47,587 nucleotides of DNA from Alphaproteobacteria bacterium (lineage in GTDB: Bacteria > Myxococcota_A > UBA796 > UBA2385). The translations under genes and the position numbers were made by a program. The notes under the pieces were generated by a model. The model had not been told where the DNA came from. It was given only the letters and a program-made list of their open reading frames with translations, and did not search any database. This document shows, piece by piece, positions 35,492-44,933 of the stretch (position 1 is the first letter of the stretch; each line of letters starts with the position of its first letter). The stretch covers positions 1-47,587 of the forward strand of contig JBEIQK010000001.1 in NCBI GenBank assembly GCA_040376505.1, in the 5' to 3' direction.

Positions 35492-36373
35492 GTGAACCGT
35501 CCCACCCTGGTGCTCTTCATCGGCGTCACGGCGATCAGCTTCGCCGCGCTGCTGGTGCGCCTCGCCGCGGGGGTCGAGCCGGTGGCGGCGGCCTTCTGGC
35601 GCACGGCGGCGGCGGCCAGCGTGCTGGGGCTGGCCTCCCTGCTGCGCGGGGCCTGGGCGCCGCTCTCGGGGCGCGACCGGGCGCTGGCGGCCTTGGCGGG
35701 CCTCTTTTTGGGGGCGCACTTCTGGATCTGGTTCGCCTCGGTGCACCTCACCACCGTCTTTCGGGCCACCCTGCTGGTCTGCCTCACGCCGATCTGGGCG
35801 GCCTTGTTGGAGTGGGGCCTGCTGGGAGAGCGGCCGAGCCGGCGCTACTGGATGGGCATCGGCCTCGCGCTCCTGGGCGTTGGGGCGATGAGCGGCGGGG
35901 CGGCCGAAGGGGGCAGCCTGCGGGGCGACCTGCTGGCCACCCTGGGGGGCGTGTTGTCGGCGGCCTACCTGCTGATCGGCCGAACGGTGCGCCCGCGGGT
36001 GGCCATCGATCAGTACGGCGCCCTGGTCTATGGGTCTTGTGCGCTGGCGATGGGCCTCGCGGCGCTGGCCACCGGGGCGCCGCTCTCGGGCTACTCGGCC
36101 AGCGCCTGGCTGGCCCTGCTGGGCATGACCCTGGGGCCCCAACTGATGGGCCACCTCGGCCTCAACTACGCAGTGCGCTACCTGCCGGCCTCGGTGGTGA
36201 CGGCGGCGATCCTCTGCGAGCCCGTTGGCGCCGCGCTCACCGGGGCCCTCTTCCTCGCCGAGCAGCCCGGGCCGGTCGATCTGCTGGGCGGGGCGCTCTG
36301 CCTGCTCGGCGTGGGCCTGGCGATGACCCAATCTGCGCCGCCGGTGCAACAAGCCGGCCCCTCAGCGCGTTGA
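35492..36373 (+). CDS. EamA/DMT-family transporter
   Basis: GTG start. 293 aa with about 10 hydrophobic helices in two halves. Typical EamA-like N-terminus (LFIGVTAISFAALLVRLA). Confidence 0.75.
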   Translation: MNRPTLVLFIGVTAISFAALLVRLAAGVEPVAAAFWRTAAAASVLGLASLLRGAWAPLSGRDRALAALAGLFLGAHFWIWFASVHLTTVFRATLLVCLTPIWAALLEWGLLGERPSRRYWMGIGLALLGVGAMSGGAAEGGSLRGDLLATLGGVLSAAYLLIGRTVRPRVAIDQYGALVYGSCALAMGLAALATGAPLSGYSASAWLALLGMTLGPQLMGHLGLNYAVRYLPASVVTAAILCEPVGAALTGALFLAEQPGPVDLLGGALCLLGVGLAMTQSAPPVQQAGPSAR

Positions 36374-36399
36374 AGGCGAGCCCTCACCCAGGAGCCCTC

Positions 36400-37470
36400 A
36401 TGTCCCGCGTCGTGCTCACCGAGCTCTCCTCCCGCGCCTGGGAGCACCCAGCCGACAAGGCCGCCCTGGCCTCGCTGCGAAAGGTGCCCGGCTTCGATGT
36501 GGTGGTGCGCAAGATCTTTGGCCTGATCGCCGAGAAGCCCCTGATGGCCATCACCGCCGGCAGCGCGGTGGAGGTGGGGCCCCTGCAGTACCCGCGCATC
36601 GCGCAGCTCTACGACGAGGTGCTGCAGACCCTCGACGCCCCCAGCCGGCCGGCGCTCTATGTGTCGCAGAGCCCCGTGGTCAACGCCGGGGCCGTGGGCA
36701 TCGACGAGCCCTTCATCGTGCTGTCGAGCGGCAGCGTGGCGATCCTCTCCGATGCGCAGCTCCGCTATGTGCTCGGCCACGAGATCGGCCACATCGGCTC
36801 GGGCCATGTGCTCTACAAGACCATGCTGCGGGTGATGCTGCGCCTGGGCACCTGGATGCTCGGCACCCCGATCACCGGCGCCGCCCTGCTGGCCGTGCTC
36901 GCCGCCTTGCTGGAGTGGGACCGCAAGAGCGAGCTGTCGGCCGACCGGGCCGGCCTGCTGGCGGTGCAAGACCCCGACGTGGTGCGGGCCGGCCTGCTGC
37001 GCATTGCCGGGGGCGTGGCCGAAGGCGCCAACATCGAGGCCTTCCGCGAGCAGGCCCGCCGCTACGAAGAAGAGGGCAGCGCCATCGACAGCCTCGTGCG
37101 CACCCTGGCCTTGCTCGGCCAGAGCCACCCCTTCCCGGTGCTGCGCCTGCGCGAGATCGACCGCTGGGAGGAGGGTGGGGGCTACGGCCGGGTGCTCGAG
37201 GGCGACTACCCGCGCCGGGCCGATGATCCGGCGGCGCCCACCTGGGAGGACTGGAAGGAGTCGGCCAACGCCTACGCCGACGGGGTCAAGGCCAGCGCCG
37301 ATCCGGTGGCGAGCTGGCTGAAGAGCGCCACCGCCGACGTCTCGGGCAAGGCCAGCTCGGTGTGGAGCCGGGTGCGCCGCAAAAAGGAGGGCCCGCACAC
37401 GCCGCCCCCCGACGACGAGCCGCCCGGCTACACCGTCGGCCCCGACGGCATCATCGACCTCGACCCTTAG
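36400..37470 (+). CDS. M48-family zinc metallopeptidase
   Basis: AGGAG at 36390-36394, then ATG at 36400 within ORF 35812..37470. HEIGHIGSGH (HExxH) followed by ELSADRAGLL, which is typical of M48 peptidases. Confidence 0.8.
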   Translation: MSRVVLTELSSRAWEHPADKAALASLRKVPGFDVVVRKIFGLIAEKPLMAITAGSAVEVGPLQYPRIAQLYDEVLQTLDAPSRPALYVSQSPVVNAGAVGIDEPFIVLSSGSVAILSDAQLRYVLGHEIGHIGSGHVLYKTMLRVMLRLGTWMLGTPITGAALLAVLAALLEWDRKSELSADRAGLLAVQDPDVVRAGLLRIAGGVAEGANIEAFREQARRYEEEGSAIDSLVRTLALLGQSHPFPVLRLREIDRWEEGGGYGRVLEGDYPRRADDPAAPTWEDWKESANAYADGVKASADPVASWLKSATADVSGKASSVWSRVRRKKEGPHTPPPDDEPPGYTVGPDGIIDLDP

Positions 37471-37476
37471 GCCGCC

Positions 37477-38628
37477 TCAGTCGAACTCGGCGGCGGCCTT
37501 GCGCGCCTTGGCCTCGGCCTCGCGATCGGCCTCCAGCTTGAGGTCATAGGCCGCCGAGACGGCGTCGCGGAAGAGGCGGGTGAACTCCAGCACCTCGGCC
37601 AGGTTCTCGGCGAGGTCGTTGCCAAAGAGCCCCGGCCGCTCGATGGCCAGCCGCCCGCCCTCGATGCGACCGCCCGGCCACTTGCGAAAGAGCGAAACGA
37701 GGTGCGGCACGATGTCGGGCTGGCCCACGACATTGGTGACGAACTCCTCGTCTTTGCCCTCCACGCCGAGCGAGTCGGCGATGGCGTTGTCGGAGGGGGA
37801 GGCCCCTTCGGTGGCCAGCATCTCCAGGCGCTGGACGATGCGCAGCATCGAGGCGCCGCGGTGGCCAAAGCTGACCTGCACCCGGCTGGTGGGGGGGCCG
37901 CCCTCCTTCTCGCGGGGGCCCTCGATGATCAGCACCTTCTGGCCCTCCACGGCCCCCTGCAGCACCCGCTCGCCCCCCGGCTTGGTGCCCAGGAAGAAGA
38001 GGTTGAAGCGCGAGGCGGTGGCCGTCCAGGGGCGCTCGCCGCCCTCAGCCACCGAGCCATAGAGCACGGCGGCCAGCTCGACGAGGCTGTCGATCTCCAG
38101 GCCGGCCACGCCGATGTACTGCAGCTCGACGCCGTCGCCGCTCACCCGCACGAAGTCGGCCCGCTGACCGGCCAGGAGCAGGGCTGAGGTGACCGCCGGA
38201 TCGCTGAGGATCTGCTGGGCCCGCTCGGTGTCGACGGCGCGAAAGCGCAGGAACTTGTCGACCACCTCCACGCCCAGCGCGAACTCCGTGGCGGCGCCCG
38301 TGTTGCGGCTGAGCATCTTCTTGGGAAGCACCTCGAGCCCCGAGGGCGCACCCCAAGGGCCGCCCGCGTGAATCACGGTGCAGAGCCGCAGGGGCAGGCC
38401 GACCCGGCCGGCCCCAATCGACACCTGCACCGGGACCCCCCGGTAGACCCCCGCCATCATCGCCTCGTGGGCCTCACCCTTGTTTTGGAAGTTCAGCCCA
38501 TGGCGGTTGGCGAAGGCCGCCCAATGGGCGACTCGCTGTTTGCGCGCAAGGCGGATCAACCGAAAGGGGACCGCGATCAAGGCAACAGCTGCGAGGAAGA
38601 GCAGAGCGCTGGCCGATGTCAGCGTCAA
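37477..38628 (-). CDS. hypothetical membrane-anchored protein with an apparent internal duplication
   Basis: TTG start. N-terminal TM (ALLFLAAVALIAV). Two similar halves (..NFQNKGE..GVYRGVPVQV.. versus ..FLGTKPGG..GAVEGQKVLI..) and a charged C-terminal helix. No known motif. Confidence 0.5.
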   Translation of the reverse strand: MTLTSASALLFLAAVALIAVPFRLIRLARKQRVAHWAAFANRHGLNFQNKGEAHEAMMAGVYRGVPVQVSIGAGRVGLPLRLCTVIHAGGPWGAPSGLEVLPKKMLSRNTGAATEFALGVEVVDKFLRFRAVDTERAQQILSDPAVTSALLLAGQRADFVRVSGDGVELQYIGVAGLEIDSLVELAAVLYGSVAEGGERPWTATASRFNLFFLGTKPGGERVLQGAVEGQKVLIIEGPREKEGGPPTSRVQVSFGHRGASMLRIVQRLEMLATEGASPSDNAIADSLGVEGKDEEFVTNVVGQPDIVPHLVSLFRKWPGGRIEGGRLAIERPGLFGNDLAENLAEVLEFTRLFRDAVSAAYDLKLEADREAEAKARKAAAEFD

Positions 38629-38888
38629 GGCAGGCCGATTCCTGGCGAGGGCGAGGGGGAGCGGAGGGCAACGCGCTCCAGGGTGCGCTTGCGAGAGGCC
38701 CAGAGGTAGCGGACGCGGCGCCCCCTGTCGATGCGTTCGCCCGCACTTCCTACGGATCCGCCGACGTGATGCGCCAATTCGACGTGTGAAGTTCCAGCCC
38801 CCGGCCTACCCATGCAGAGCCGCCGCGGCGCGCCACTTCCCTTCCGGCCTCCGCCGGTGCTACCTCTGATGCATCCTCAGGACCGCCG

Positions 38889-40541
38889 ATGCGCCACAGC
38901 CTCCTCCTGCTCCTCCACACCGCCTGCAACGCGGGCACCCTCTCGGGCACGCTCTCCGGCCCCAGCCTCGATGACACCGCGCTGCCGAGCGACGGCGGGG
39001 GCGACGACGGCGGGGGCGACGGCGCCGACGGGGGCGACGAAGGGGGCGACGACACCGCGCCGCCGACCCCGCGCTGCGAGCCGGAGATCACCCTGCCCAC
39101 CCCCTGGTACACCGAGGGTGACGCCATCTCCCTGCCGATCGCCTGCACCAGCGGCGCCGACCTCGCCGACTACAGCCTGCAGCTCACCCGCGGCCCCGAG
39201 GGTGCGGCGATCGAGGGCGCCGCCGTGGTCTGGGCCGCCGACCGGGGAGACGCAGGCACCATCGAGCTCACCGTTATCGCCACCCTACGCAGCGGCGGCG
39301 ACGCCGAGCCGGCCACCGCGCGCTTCTGGGTGGCCGAAGACAGCGACCACCCCAGCAACACGCCGGCCGATCCGCTGGCCTACACCGAGGAGTGGGGCCT
39401 GCCGGTCTTTCACATTCAGACGGGGGGCGGCATCGGCGCCGACTACAGCGCCGCCACCATCACCTTCGACGGCACGGCCTACAGCGCCGAGATCAAGAAG
39501 CGCGGCGCCAGCTCCTACTCCTACCCGAAGAACAGCTACACCCTGCGCTTCGCCGACGACGAGAACGAGCTGGACGCCGAAGCCTACGGCATCCCCGAGA
39601 AGAAAGATCACCTCGTGCTGGTGAGCACCTTCGACGACAACAGCTTTGTGCGCCAAAAGCTGTCCTACGACACCTGGGCCGCCATCGCCGAGACCCTGGG
39701 CGAAGAGCGGCTTGTCATTCGCAGCTTCTTCGCCGTGGTCTACCTCAACGGCGCCTACGTCGGGCTCTATGTCGCCATGGACCGCCCCGACGACGAGTTC
39801 GTAGGCCAGATGGGCCTGTCTCGCGACGGCAACCTCTACAAGTCGGTCAACCACGACGCCAACTTCAAGACCACCGCAGCCAGCGGCGGCGGCAAGGGCT
39901 CCTGGCACCAGGGCTACCTCAAGAAAGAGGGTGCCAGCCTCGACGACTTCTCCGATCTCGACGCGCTGATCTCCAAAGCCGCGACCACCCCGGCCAGCGA
40001 CTTCATGGCGGTGGCCAGCGACTACATCTACACGCCTGACTTCATGGACTGGTGGCTGCTGGTGCATGTGATCGACGCCGGCGACAGCGGCGGCAAGAAC
40101 GCCTGGCTCTACAATGATCCCACCGGGCCGATGCAGTTTCGCTACTGCCCCTGGGACATGAACCACTCCTTTGGCCAGGACTGGATGACCCTGCGGGTGG
40201 GCAGCAGCTCCAACAATGACTTCACCTGGACCAACAACATCTTCGCCCACATCCTGAACGATCCGGCCAGCCGCGAAGCGCTCTTCGATCGCTACCAGCG
40301 CCTGCGCGCCGAGGGCCCCTACCAGCCGGGCTGGTACACCGACACCCTCGATGAATACTACGCCCTCATCGAGCCCTCCGCCCAGCGCGACTGGGACCGC
40401 TGGGGCGATGACTACCGCGGCTACTGGTGGGCCAGCTACCGCGGCGACGACTGGAATGACTTTGAGGGCGAGAAGGCCTATCTGTACGACTGGCTGGAGA
40501 GCCGCATCGACCAGCTCGATGTCTGGTATCCCCCCGAGTAG
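38889..40541 (+). CDS. CotH-family (atypical protein kinase fold) secreted protein, possible lipoprotein
   Basis: MRHSLLLLLHTAC signal. Gly/Asp-rich linker. KKRGASSYSYPKNSYTLRF, FVRQKLSYDTW, VVYLNGAYVGLY, DWWLLVHVIDAGDSGGKNAWLY and PWDMNHSFG match the CotH pattern. Confidence 0.8.
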   Translation: MRHSLLLLLHTACNAGTLSGTLSGPSLDDTALPSDGGGDDGGGDGADGGDEGGDDTAPPTPRCEPEITLPTPWYTEGDAISLPIACTSGADLADYSLQLTRGPEGAAIEGAAVVWAADRGDAGTIELTVIATLRSGGDAEPATARFWVAEDSDHPSNTPADPLAYTEEWGLPVFHIQTGGGIGADYSAATITFDGTAYSAEIKKRGASSYSYPKNSYTLRFADDENELDAEAYGIPEKKDHLVLVSTFDDNSFVRQKLSYDTWAAIAETLGEERLVIRSFFAVVYLNGAYVGLYVAMDRPDDEFVGQMGLSRDGNLYKSVNHDANFKTTAASGGGKGSWHQGYLKKEGASLDDFSDLDALISKAATTPASDFMAVASDYIYTPDFMDWWLLVHVIDAGDSGGKNAWLYNDPTGPMQFRYCPWDMNHSFGQDWMTLRVGSSSNNDFTWTNNIFAHILNDPASREALFDRYQRLRAEGPYQPGWYTDTLDEYYALIEPSAQRDWDRWGDDYRGYWWASYRGDDWNDFEGEKAYLYDWLESRIDQLDVWYPPE

Positions 40542-40547
40542 GGCGCT

Positions 40548-41816
40548 CTATCCACCCTCTCCCTCGGCGGAGAGGCCGTGCTTGCGCAGCTTGTCGAGGA
40601 GGGTGACCCGGTTGATGCCGAGCCGTCGGGCCGCCTCGCTCTTGTTGCCGCCCGAGGCAGCCAGGGCCTGGGCGATCAAGCCCCGCTCGAAGGCCTCGAC
40701 CCGTCGCCGCAGATCGAGCTCCACCGCCGCCGGGCCGCCGTCGCCCACCGCAAAGGTAGACAGATCCACGCCGCTCTCGGGGGCCGAGAGCACCATCACC
40801 TCAATCGCTCGCTCCAGCTCGCCGACATTTCCGGGCCAGAACCAGCTCGACAAGGTAGCCAGCCAGTCCTCGGTCACGGCCGGCGTGGACAGACCATAGC
40901 GGGCGCAGGCCGCCTCCAAGAAGTGGCTGGCCAGCAGCGGCAGATCGCCGGGCCGCTCGCGCAGGGGTGGCAGGAGGATCTCCGCCCGACGGAGCTGCCG
41001 GAGCAGGGCCTCGTTGAGCCTCCCCTGGCGCACCTGGGCGCCGAGGTCGCGCTCGGCCAGCGCGAGGATCCGGGTCTCTTCGGGGCCTGGCTCGGGGCGC
41101 AGCAGCAGGTCGAGCAGGCGCTGCTGGGCGCCGGGGCCCAACTCGCCGGGCTCCTCGATCAGCAGGGCACCGCCGGCGGCGGCCTGCACCGCCCGGCCGA
41201 GCTCGACCTCGCTCAACAGGCCCTGGCCCGCGCGGCGGACGAGGGGCCCCCCGGCCCGCGGGCTGTTCTTCATCAGGGCGGCGGCGACCCGGTGTTTGCC
41301 GGTGCCCGGCTCGCCGACGATCAGCACCGGCAGCGATCGAGGCCCCAGCCGGCCGATCAGGGTGGCCACCCGCGCCATCGGCCCGCTGTGGCCCAACAGG
41401 TTGTCGGAGAGGGCGAGGAGGCCGCTCAGACGCAGGTTCTCGGCGCGCAGGGCGCTGGTCTCGATCGCCCGGCCCACCACCGCCCGCACCTCGTCGATCG
41501 AGAAGGGCTTGCTGAAGTAGTCGATGGCGCCGCCCTTCATCGCCTCCACCGCCGCGCGCTCCGAGCCATGGGCGGTGATGAGGACAAAGGGCGGCGCCGG
41601 ATCGAGGCCGCGGGTGGCCGCCAGCAGGCCGAGGCCGTCGAGGCCGGGCATGCGCAGATCGGAGAGCACGAGGTCGAAGGGCTCGCGACGCAGGCGGGCG
41701 AGGGCGCTGTCGCCGCGGGCCTCCTCCACACAGTCCACCGGCAGGTCGGCGAGGGCCTCCACCAGCGTGAAGCGCAAGGCGGGCTCATCATCGACGATCA
41801 AGACGCGCAGCCTCAA
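40548..41816 (-). CDS. NtrC-family response regulator (REC + degenerate AAA+ + Fis-type HTH)
   Basis: Receiver residues: LIVDDE, LVLSDLRMPG, SKP. Walker A GEPGTGKH and WPGNVGELE are present. C-terminal HTH reads GGNKSEAARRLGINRVTLLDKLRKHG. No GAFTGA loop is discernible. Confidence 0.85.
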   Translation of the reverse strand: MRLRVLIVDDEPALRFTLVEALADLPVDCVEEARGDSALARLRREPFDLVLSDLRMPGLDGLGLLAATRGLDPAPPFVLITAHGSERAAVEAMKGGAIDYFSKPFSIDEVRAVVGRAIETSALRAENLRLSGLLALSDNLLGHSGPMARVATLIGRLGPRSLPVLIVGEPGTGKHRVAAALMKNSPRAGGPLVRRAGQGLLSEVELGRAVQAAAGGALLIEEPGELGPGAQQRLLDLLLRPEPGPEETRILALAERDLGAQVRQGRLNEALLRQLRRAEILLPPLRERPGDLPLLASHFLEAACARYGLSTPAVTEDWLATLSSWFWPGNVGELERAIEVMVLSAPESGVDLSTFAVGDGGPAAVELDLRRRVEAFERGLIAQALAASGGNKSEAARRLGINRVTLLDKLRKHGLSAEGEGG

Positions 41817-43207
41817 GAGGGGCCTCCAAGCGGCAGGGTGAGGGAGGCCCGGGCCCCGCCGCCGGTGGCCGGCAGCAGGACCACGTCGCCGCCATGCTGG
41901 CGGGCGATCGCCCGGGCGATGGTGAGCCCAAGCCCGCTGCCCTGCCCCTTGGTGGTGACCCCCGGCTCAAAGAGCCGCGGCCCCAGGGCCACCGCCGGGC
42001 CGTCGCCGAGGTCGCGCACCGAGACGGTGGCCCCGGCGGGGCCGAGGGTGGCGTCGAGCTCCACCACGCTGCCCTCCGGCGCTGCCTCGATGGCGTTCTG
42101 TACGAGGTTCACCAGGATTTGCCGAATCTTTCGCCGATCACAGCGCACGAAGACAGACCCACCCCCGCAGCGCAGGACCAGCCCGCGGGACTGGGCCACC
42201 CCTTCGTGCAGATCGGCCACCTCGCAGGCGATCTGCGTGAGATCGGCCTTGTCGAGGGTGAGCGGCGAGAGGGGGCGCGAGAAGTTGAGGAACTCATCGA
42301 GGATGGTCTGCATCCGCCCCACCTCGCCCGCCAGCACCGCCACCCGGGGCCCAGCCCGCCCGGGGAGCGCGCTCTCCACCAGCAGATCGGCGAGGCCGCG
42401 CACGCTGGCCAAGGGGTTCTTGAGCTCATGGGCGATCTCGGCGCTGAGCCGGGTGAGGTCTTCCATGTGGCGCCGCTGCTCGTCGAGGCGCTCTTCGCGC
42501 AGGCGCAGCAGGTCGGACAAGGTGTCGGCGACGAAGTCACGCAGCCGCAGGCCGACGATCGAGCCCATCGAGCCCACCACGGTCAGCACGGTGGCCCGGG
42601 TCCAGAGCAGGGCATCGCTTTGGGTGCTGCGGGTGCCCCCGCCAAAGAAGAGCGGCAAGAAGTCCGGCATGAAGAGGCCGAGGTTGGCGGCCAGCGAGCC
42701 CCAGATGCCCACCTGCACGATGCCGATCGTGAGGGCGAGGTGCCAGCTTCGCCCGGCGACCAGGGCGCCCAGCACCGGCAAGAAGGCCAGCATCGGCACA
42801 AAGGGGCTGTCGAGCCCGCCGGTGGCCACCACCGCGCCAACCTGCACCGGCGCCATCGCCACGAGGTTGAAGGCGCCGCGATCGGCCGGGTCGCGGCGGT
42901 AGCGCAGCCACTCGACGATCGAGAGCGTGGCCACCCAGGCGAAGCCGAGGCCCACCTTGACCCGCCGCCAGGGGGAGGGATCGAGGAAGAGCACGAGCCC
43001 GACCCCGATCAGGGCCAGCGGCAGCCCGGCGAGGCGGAGCTGCGAGGCCCGGCCGAAGAGCTCGATCAGCCGCTGGCGGGCGTAGTCTTCGGCGGTGGAC
43101 GGGCTCGGCAACGGGGGCTCCTGTGGCGTCCTCCTACAGCCTCGGCGGCCAGCCGGCCCCTGTCGAGCCCTCGACAGGGCGCCCCGCCGCCCCGATACTG
43201 GCCCCAT
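41813..43207 (-). CDS. membrane-bound sensor histidine kinase
   Basis: Six-ish hydrophobic helices, then the H-box SAEIAHELKNPL and HATPase motifs (LVNLVQNAIEA, DLGDG, GSGLGL). 4-nt overlap with the regulator gene. The start is ambiguous: ATG 43207, or TTG 43111 preceded by GGAG at 6-nt spacing. Confidence 0.8.
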   Translation of the reverse strand: MGPVSGRRGALSRARQGPAGRRGCRRTPQEPPLPSPSTAEDYARQRLIELFGRASQLRLAGLPLALIGVGLVLFLDPSPWRRVKVGLGFAWVATLSIVEWLRYRRDPADRGAFNLVAMAPVQVGAVVATGGLDSPFVPMLAFLPVLGALVAGRSWHLALTIGIVQVGIWGSLAANLGLFMPDFLPLFFGGGTRSTQSDALLWTRATVLTVVGSMGSIVGLRLRDFVADTLSDLLRLREERLDEQRRHMEDLTRLSAEIAHELKNPLASVRGLADLLVESALPGRAGPRVAVLAGEVGRMQTILDEFLNFSRPLSPLTLDKADLTQIACEVADLHEGVAQSRGLVLRCGGGSVFVRCDRRKIRQILVNLVQNAIEAAPEGSVVELDATLGPAGATVSVRDLGDGPAVALGPRLFEPGVTTKGQGSGLGLTIARAIARQHGGDVVLLPATGGGARASLTLPLGGPS

Positions 43208-43691
43208 GTTCGAAACCACCCCCGTCGGCCCTGCCTTCTTCGACGAGGCCCCCCAGCGGGCCACCGTCGTCCGCACCTTCGCCGCGCCGGCCGCCCGCCT
43301 CTTCGCGACCCTGGCCCGGGCCGAGGACTGGCCGCGCTGGGTGCCGGTGATCCGCCGGGCGGACTGGACCTCGCCCCTGGGCGAGGGCGCCACCCGCACC
43401 GTTCACATGGTCGGCGGGGTGGTAGCCGACGAGCGCTTCTTCGACTGGAAGCCCGACGGGGGCTTCTCCTTCTGCTTTGTGCGCCTGTCGGAGCCCACCT
43501 TGGACGCCTTCGCCGAGCGCTACCAACTCACCGACCATGGCGACGGCCGCTGCACCCTCACCTGGACGATGGCCCTGCGCGGAAGGGGGCTCACCGCCTG
43601 GATCCTCGCCCTGTGTCAGCCGATGTTGGGCCTCGGCCAGCGGCTGCTCCTCAGGCGCCTCGCCCGCCTCGTGGAGGCTCAACCCGGATGA
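43206..43691 (+). CDS. SRPBCC (START/polyketide-cyclase-like) family protein
   Basis: 161 aa from ATG 43206. The pattern of ...LFATLARAEDWPRWVP ... GEGATRTV ... is typical of SRPBCC ligand-binding folds. Assignment rests on general resemblance only. Confidence 0.6.
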   Translation: MFETTPVGPAFFDEAPQRATVVRTFAAPAARLFATLARAEDWPRWVPVIRRADWTSPLGEGATRTVHMVGGVVADERFFDWKPDGGFSFCFVRLSEPTLDAFAERYQLTDHGDGRCTLTWTMALRGRGLTAWILALCQPMLGLGQRLLLRRLARLVEAQPG

Positions 43692-44752
43692 CCCGCGCCC
43701 TCCTGCTGCTCCTTTGGGGCTGCCGCCCCGAGAAGGCCGACGACACCGGCGCTGTCGCCGAGGTCGATCCGATGGAGCCGGGGCCCTATGCCCCGGGCCT
43801 CCTCCAGCTCACCCTCGATCGGGGCGACCGGCAACCGCCCCTTTGGGTCTGGTACCCCGCGACCGGCGAGGCGCCGCCGGCCGATCCGGTCGCCCTGCTC
43901 GATCCAGCGCATACGGCCGAGGCCGAGGCCCTCTACGCCAGCGCCCCGGCGGACTGTCCGCGTCGTTCTGTGTCGGATGGGCGGGGGCTCCCGGTGGCCG
44001 AGGGGGGCCCCTGGCCGGCGGTGGCCCTCTCCCACTGCTATGGCTGCCTCGCCAGCAACCTCGGCGCGGTGGCCGAGCAGCTCGCCAGCCACGGCTTTGT
44101 GGTGCTGGCGCCCGAGCACAGCGGCGACACGCTTTGGGATCAGCAGGCGGGAGCGGGCCTGCCCCTCAACACCGACACGCTGGCCCTGCGGCTCGACGAT
44201 CTGGCCGCCGCCGTCGACGCCCAAGGGGAATTGGGTCTGCCGATCGGCGGGGTTGGCGTGATGGGCCACTCCTTCGGGGCGGTCACGGCGGGCGCGCTGC
44301 TGCAGGCGCGGCCCGACACGATCGCAGGGGGACTGTTTGTCGGCGCGCCGATCGAAAACCCGATCCTGCCCGGCGTCGAGGCGGCGGCGATCACGGCGCC
44401 AACGCTCTTCTTGCTGTTGGAAGAGGACCACAGCATCGGCGCGCTGGGCAACACGCTGATCGAGCAGAACGTGGCCAGCATGGGGGGCCCGACCACCCTG
44501 GCGCGGATGGCCGATGCCGGGCACTGGAGCCCCAGCGACCTCGTGGGCCTGACGCCGGGATTGATGCCGGGCTGCGGAGAGGATCTGCGCCAGGAGGGCG
44601 GCGCGGCCTTTGCCTACATCGAGCCCGACGGGGGGCGTGCCCTCACCGGGGCGCTGGCGGTGGCCTTCTTCGATGGCCTGCTGCGAGACGGGGAGCGGGG
44701 CGGGGCCTGGCTGGAGGGGGATGGGGCGACGGGCCTGACCTGGGAGCGGTAG
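43688..44752 (+). CDS. alpha/beta hydrolase (PAF-acetylhydrolase / dienelactone-hydrolase-like), probable lipoprotein
   Basis: ATGA overlap with the upstream gene. Lipobox LLLWGC. LASHGFVVLAPEHSGD and the nucleophile elbow GHSFGA are present. Confidence 0.65.
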   Translation: MTRALLLLLWGCRPEKADDTGAVAEVDPMEPGPYAPGLLQLTLDRGDRQPPLWVWYPATGEAPPADPVALLDPAHTAEAEALYASAPADCPRRSVSDGRGLPVAEGGPWPAVALSHCYGCLASNLGAVAEQLASHGFVVLAPEHSGDTLWDQQAGAGLPLNTDTLALRLDDLAAAVDAQGELGLPIGGVGVMGHSFGAVTAGALLQARPDTIAGGLFVGAPIENPILPGVEAAAITAPTLFLLLEEDHSIGALGNTLIEQNVASMGGPTTLARMADAGHWSPSDLVGLTPGLMPGCGEDLRQEGGAAFAYIEPDGGRALTGALAVAFFDGLLRDGERGGAWLEGDGATGLTWER

Positions 44753-44933
44753 GGTCTGGGGGTCAGTGGCAACGCAGACCCTCAAAGGGAGCCATGCAAC
44801 AATTACAGAGCGCTCCACCAGGATCTTCGCAGATATCTGCGCAGCACCGTGGACAATCCTCCACCAGGTTGCCAGCGTCTCCAATCACGTCACTCGAACA
44901 GCAATTCGACCGCTGGCCCCCAGGAGCGCGGCT

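Noticed and set aside
35303-37398. Minus ORFs 35303..36352 and 36178..37398, and the 5' part of plus ORF 35812..37470
   Set aside because: They are shadows of the EamA transporter and M48 peptidase. The M48 gene starts at 36400 after its own RBS.
43205-43208. Divergent start codons of the histidine kinase and SRPBCC genes sharing one CATG
   Set aside because: This is most likely an ORF-calling coincidence. A TTG at 43111 with a GGAG 6 nt upstream is a more plausible kinase start and would leave a normal divergent promoter region.
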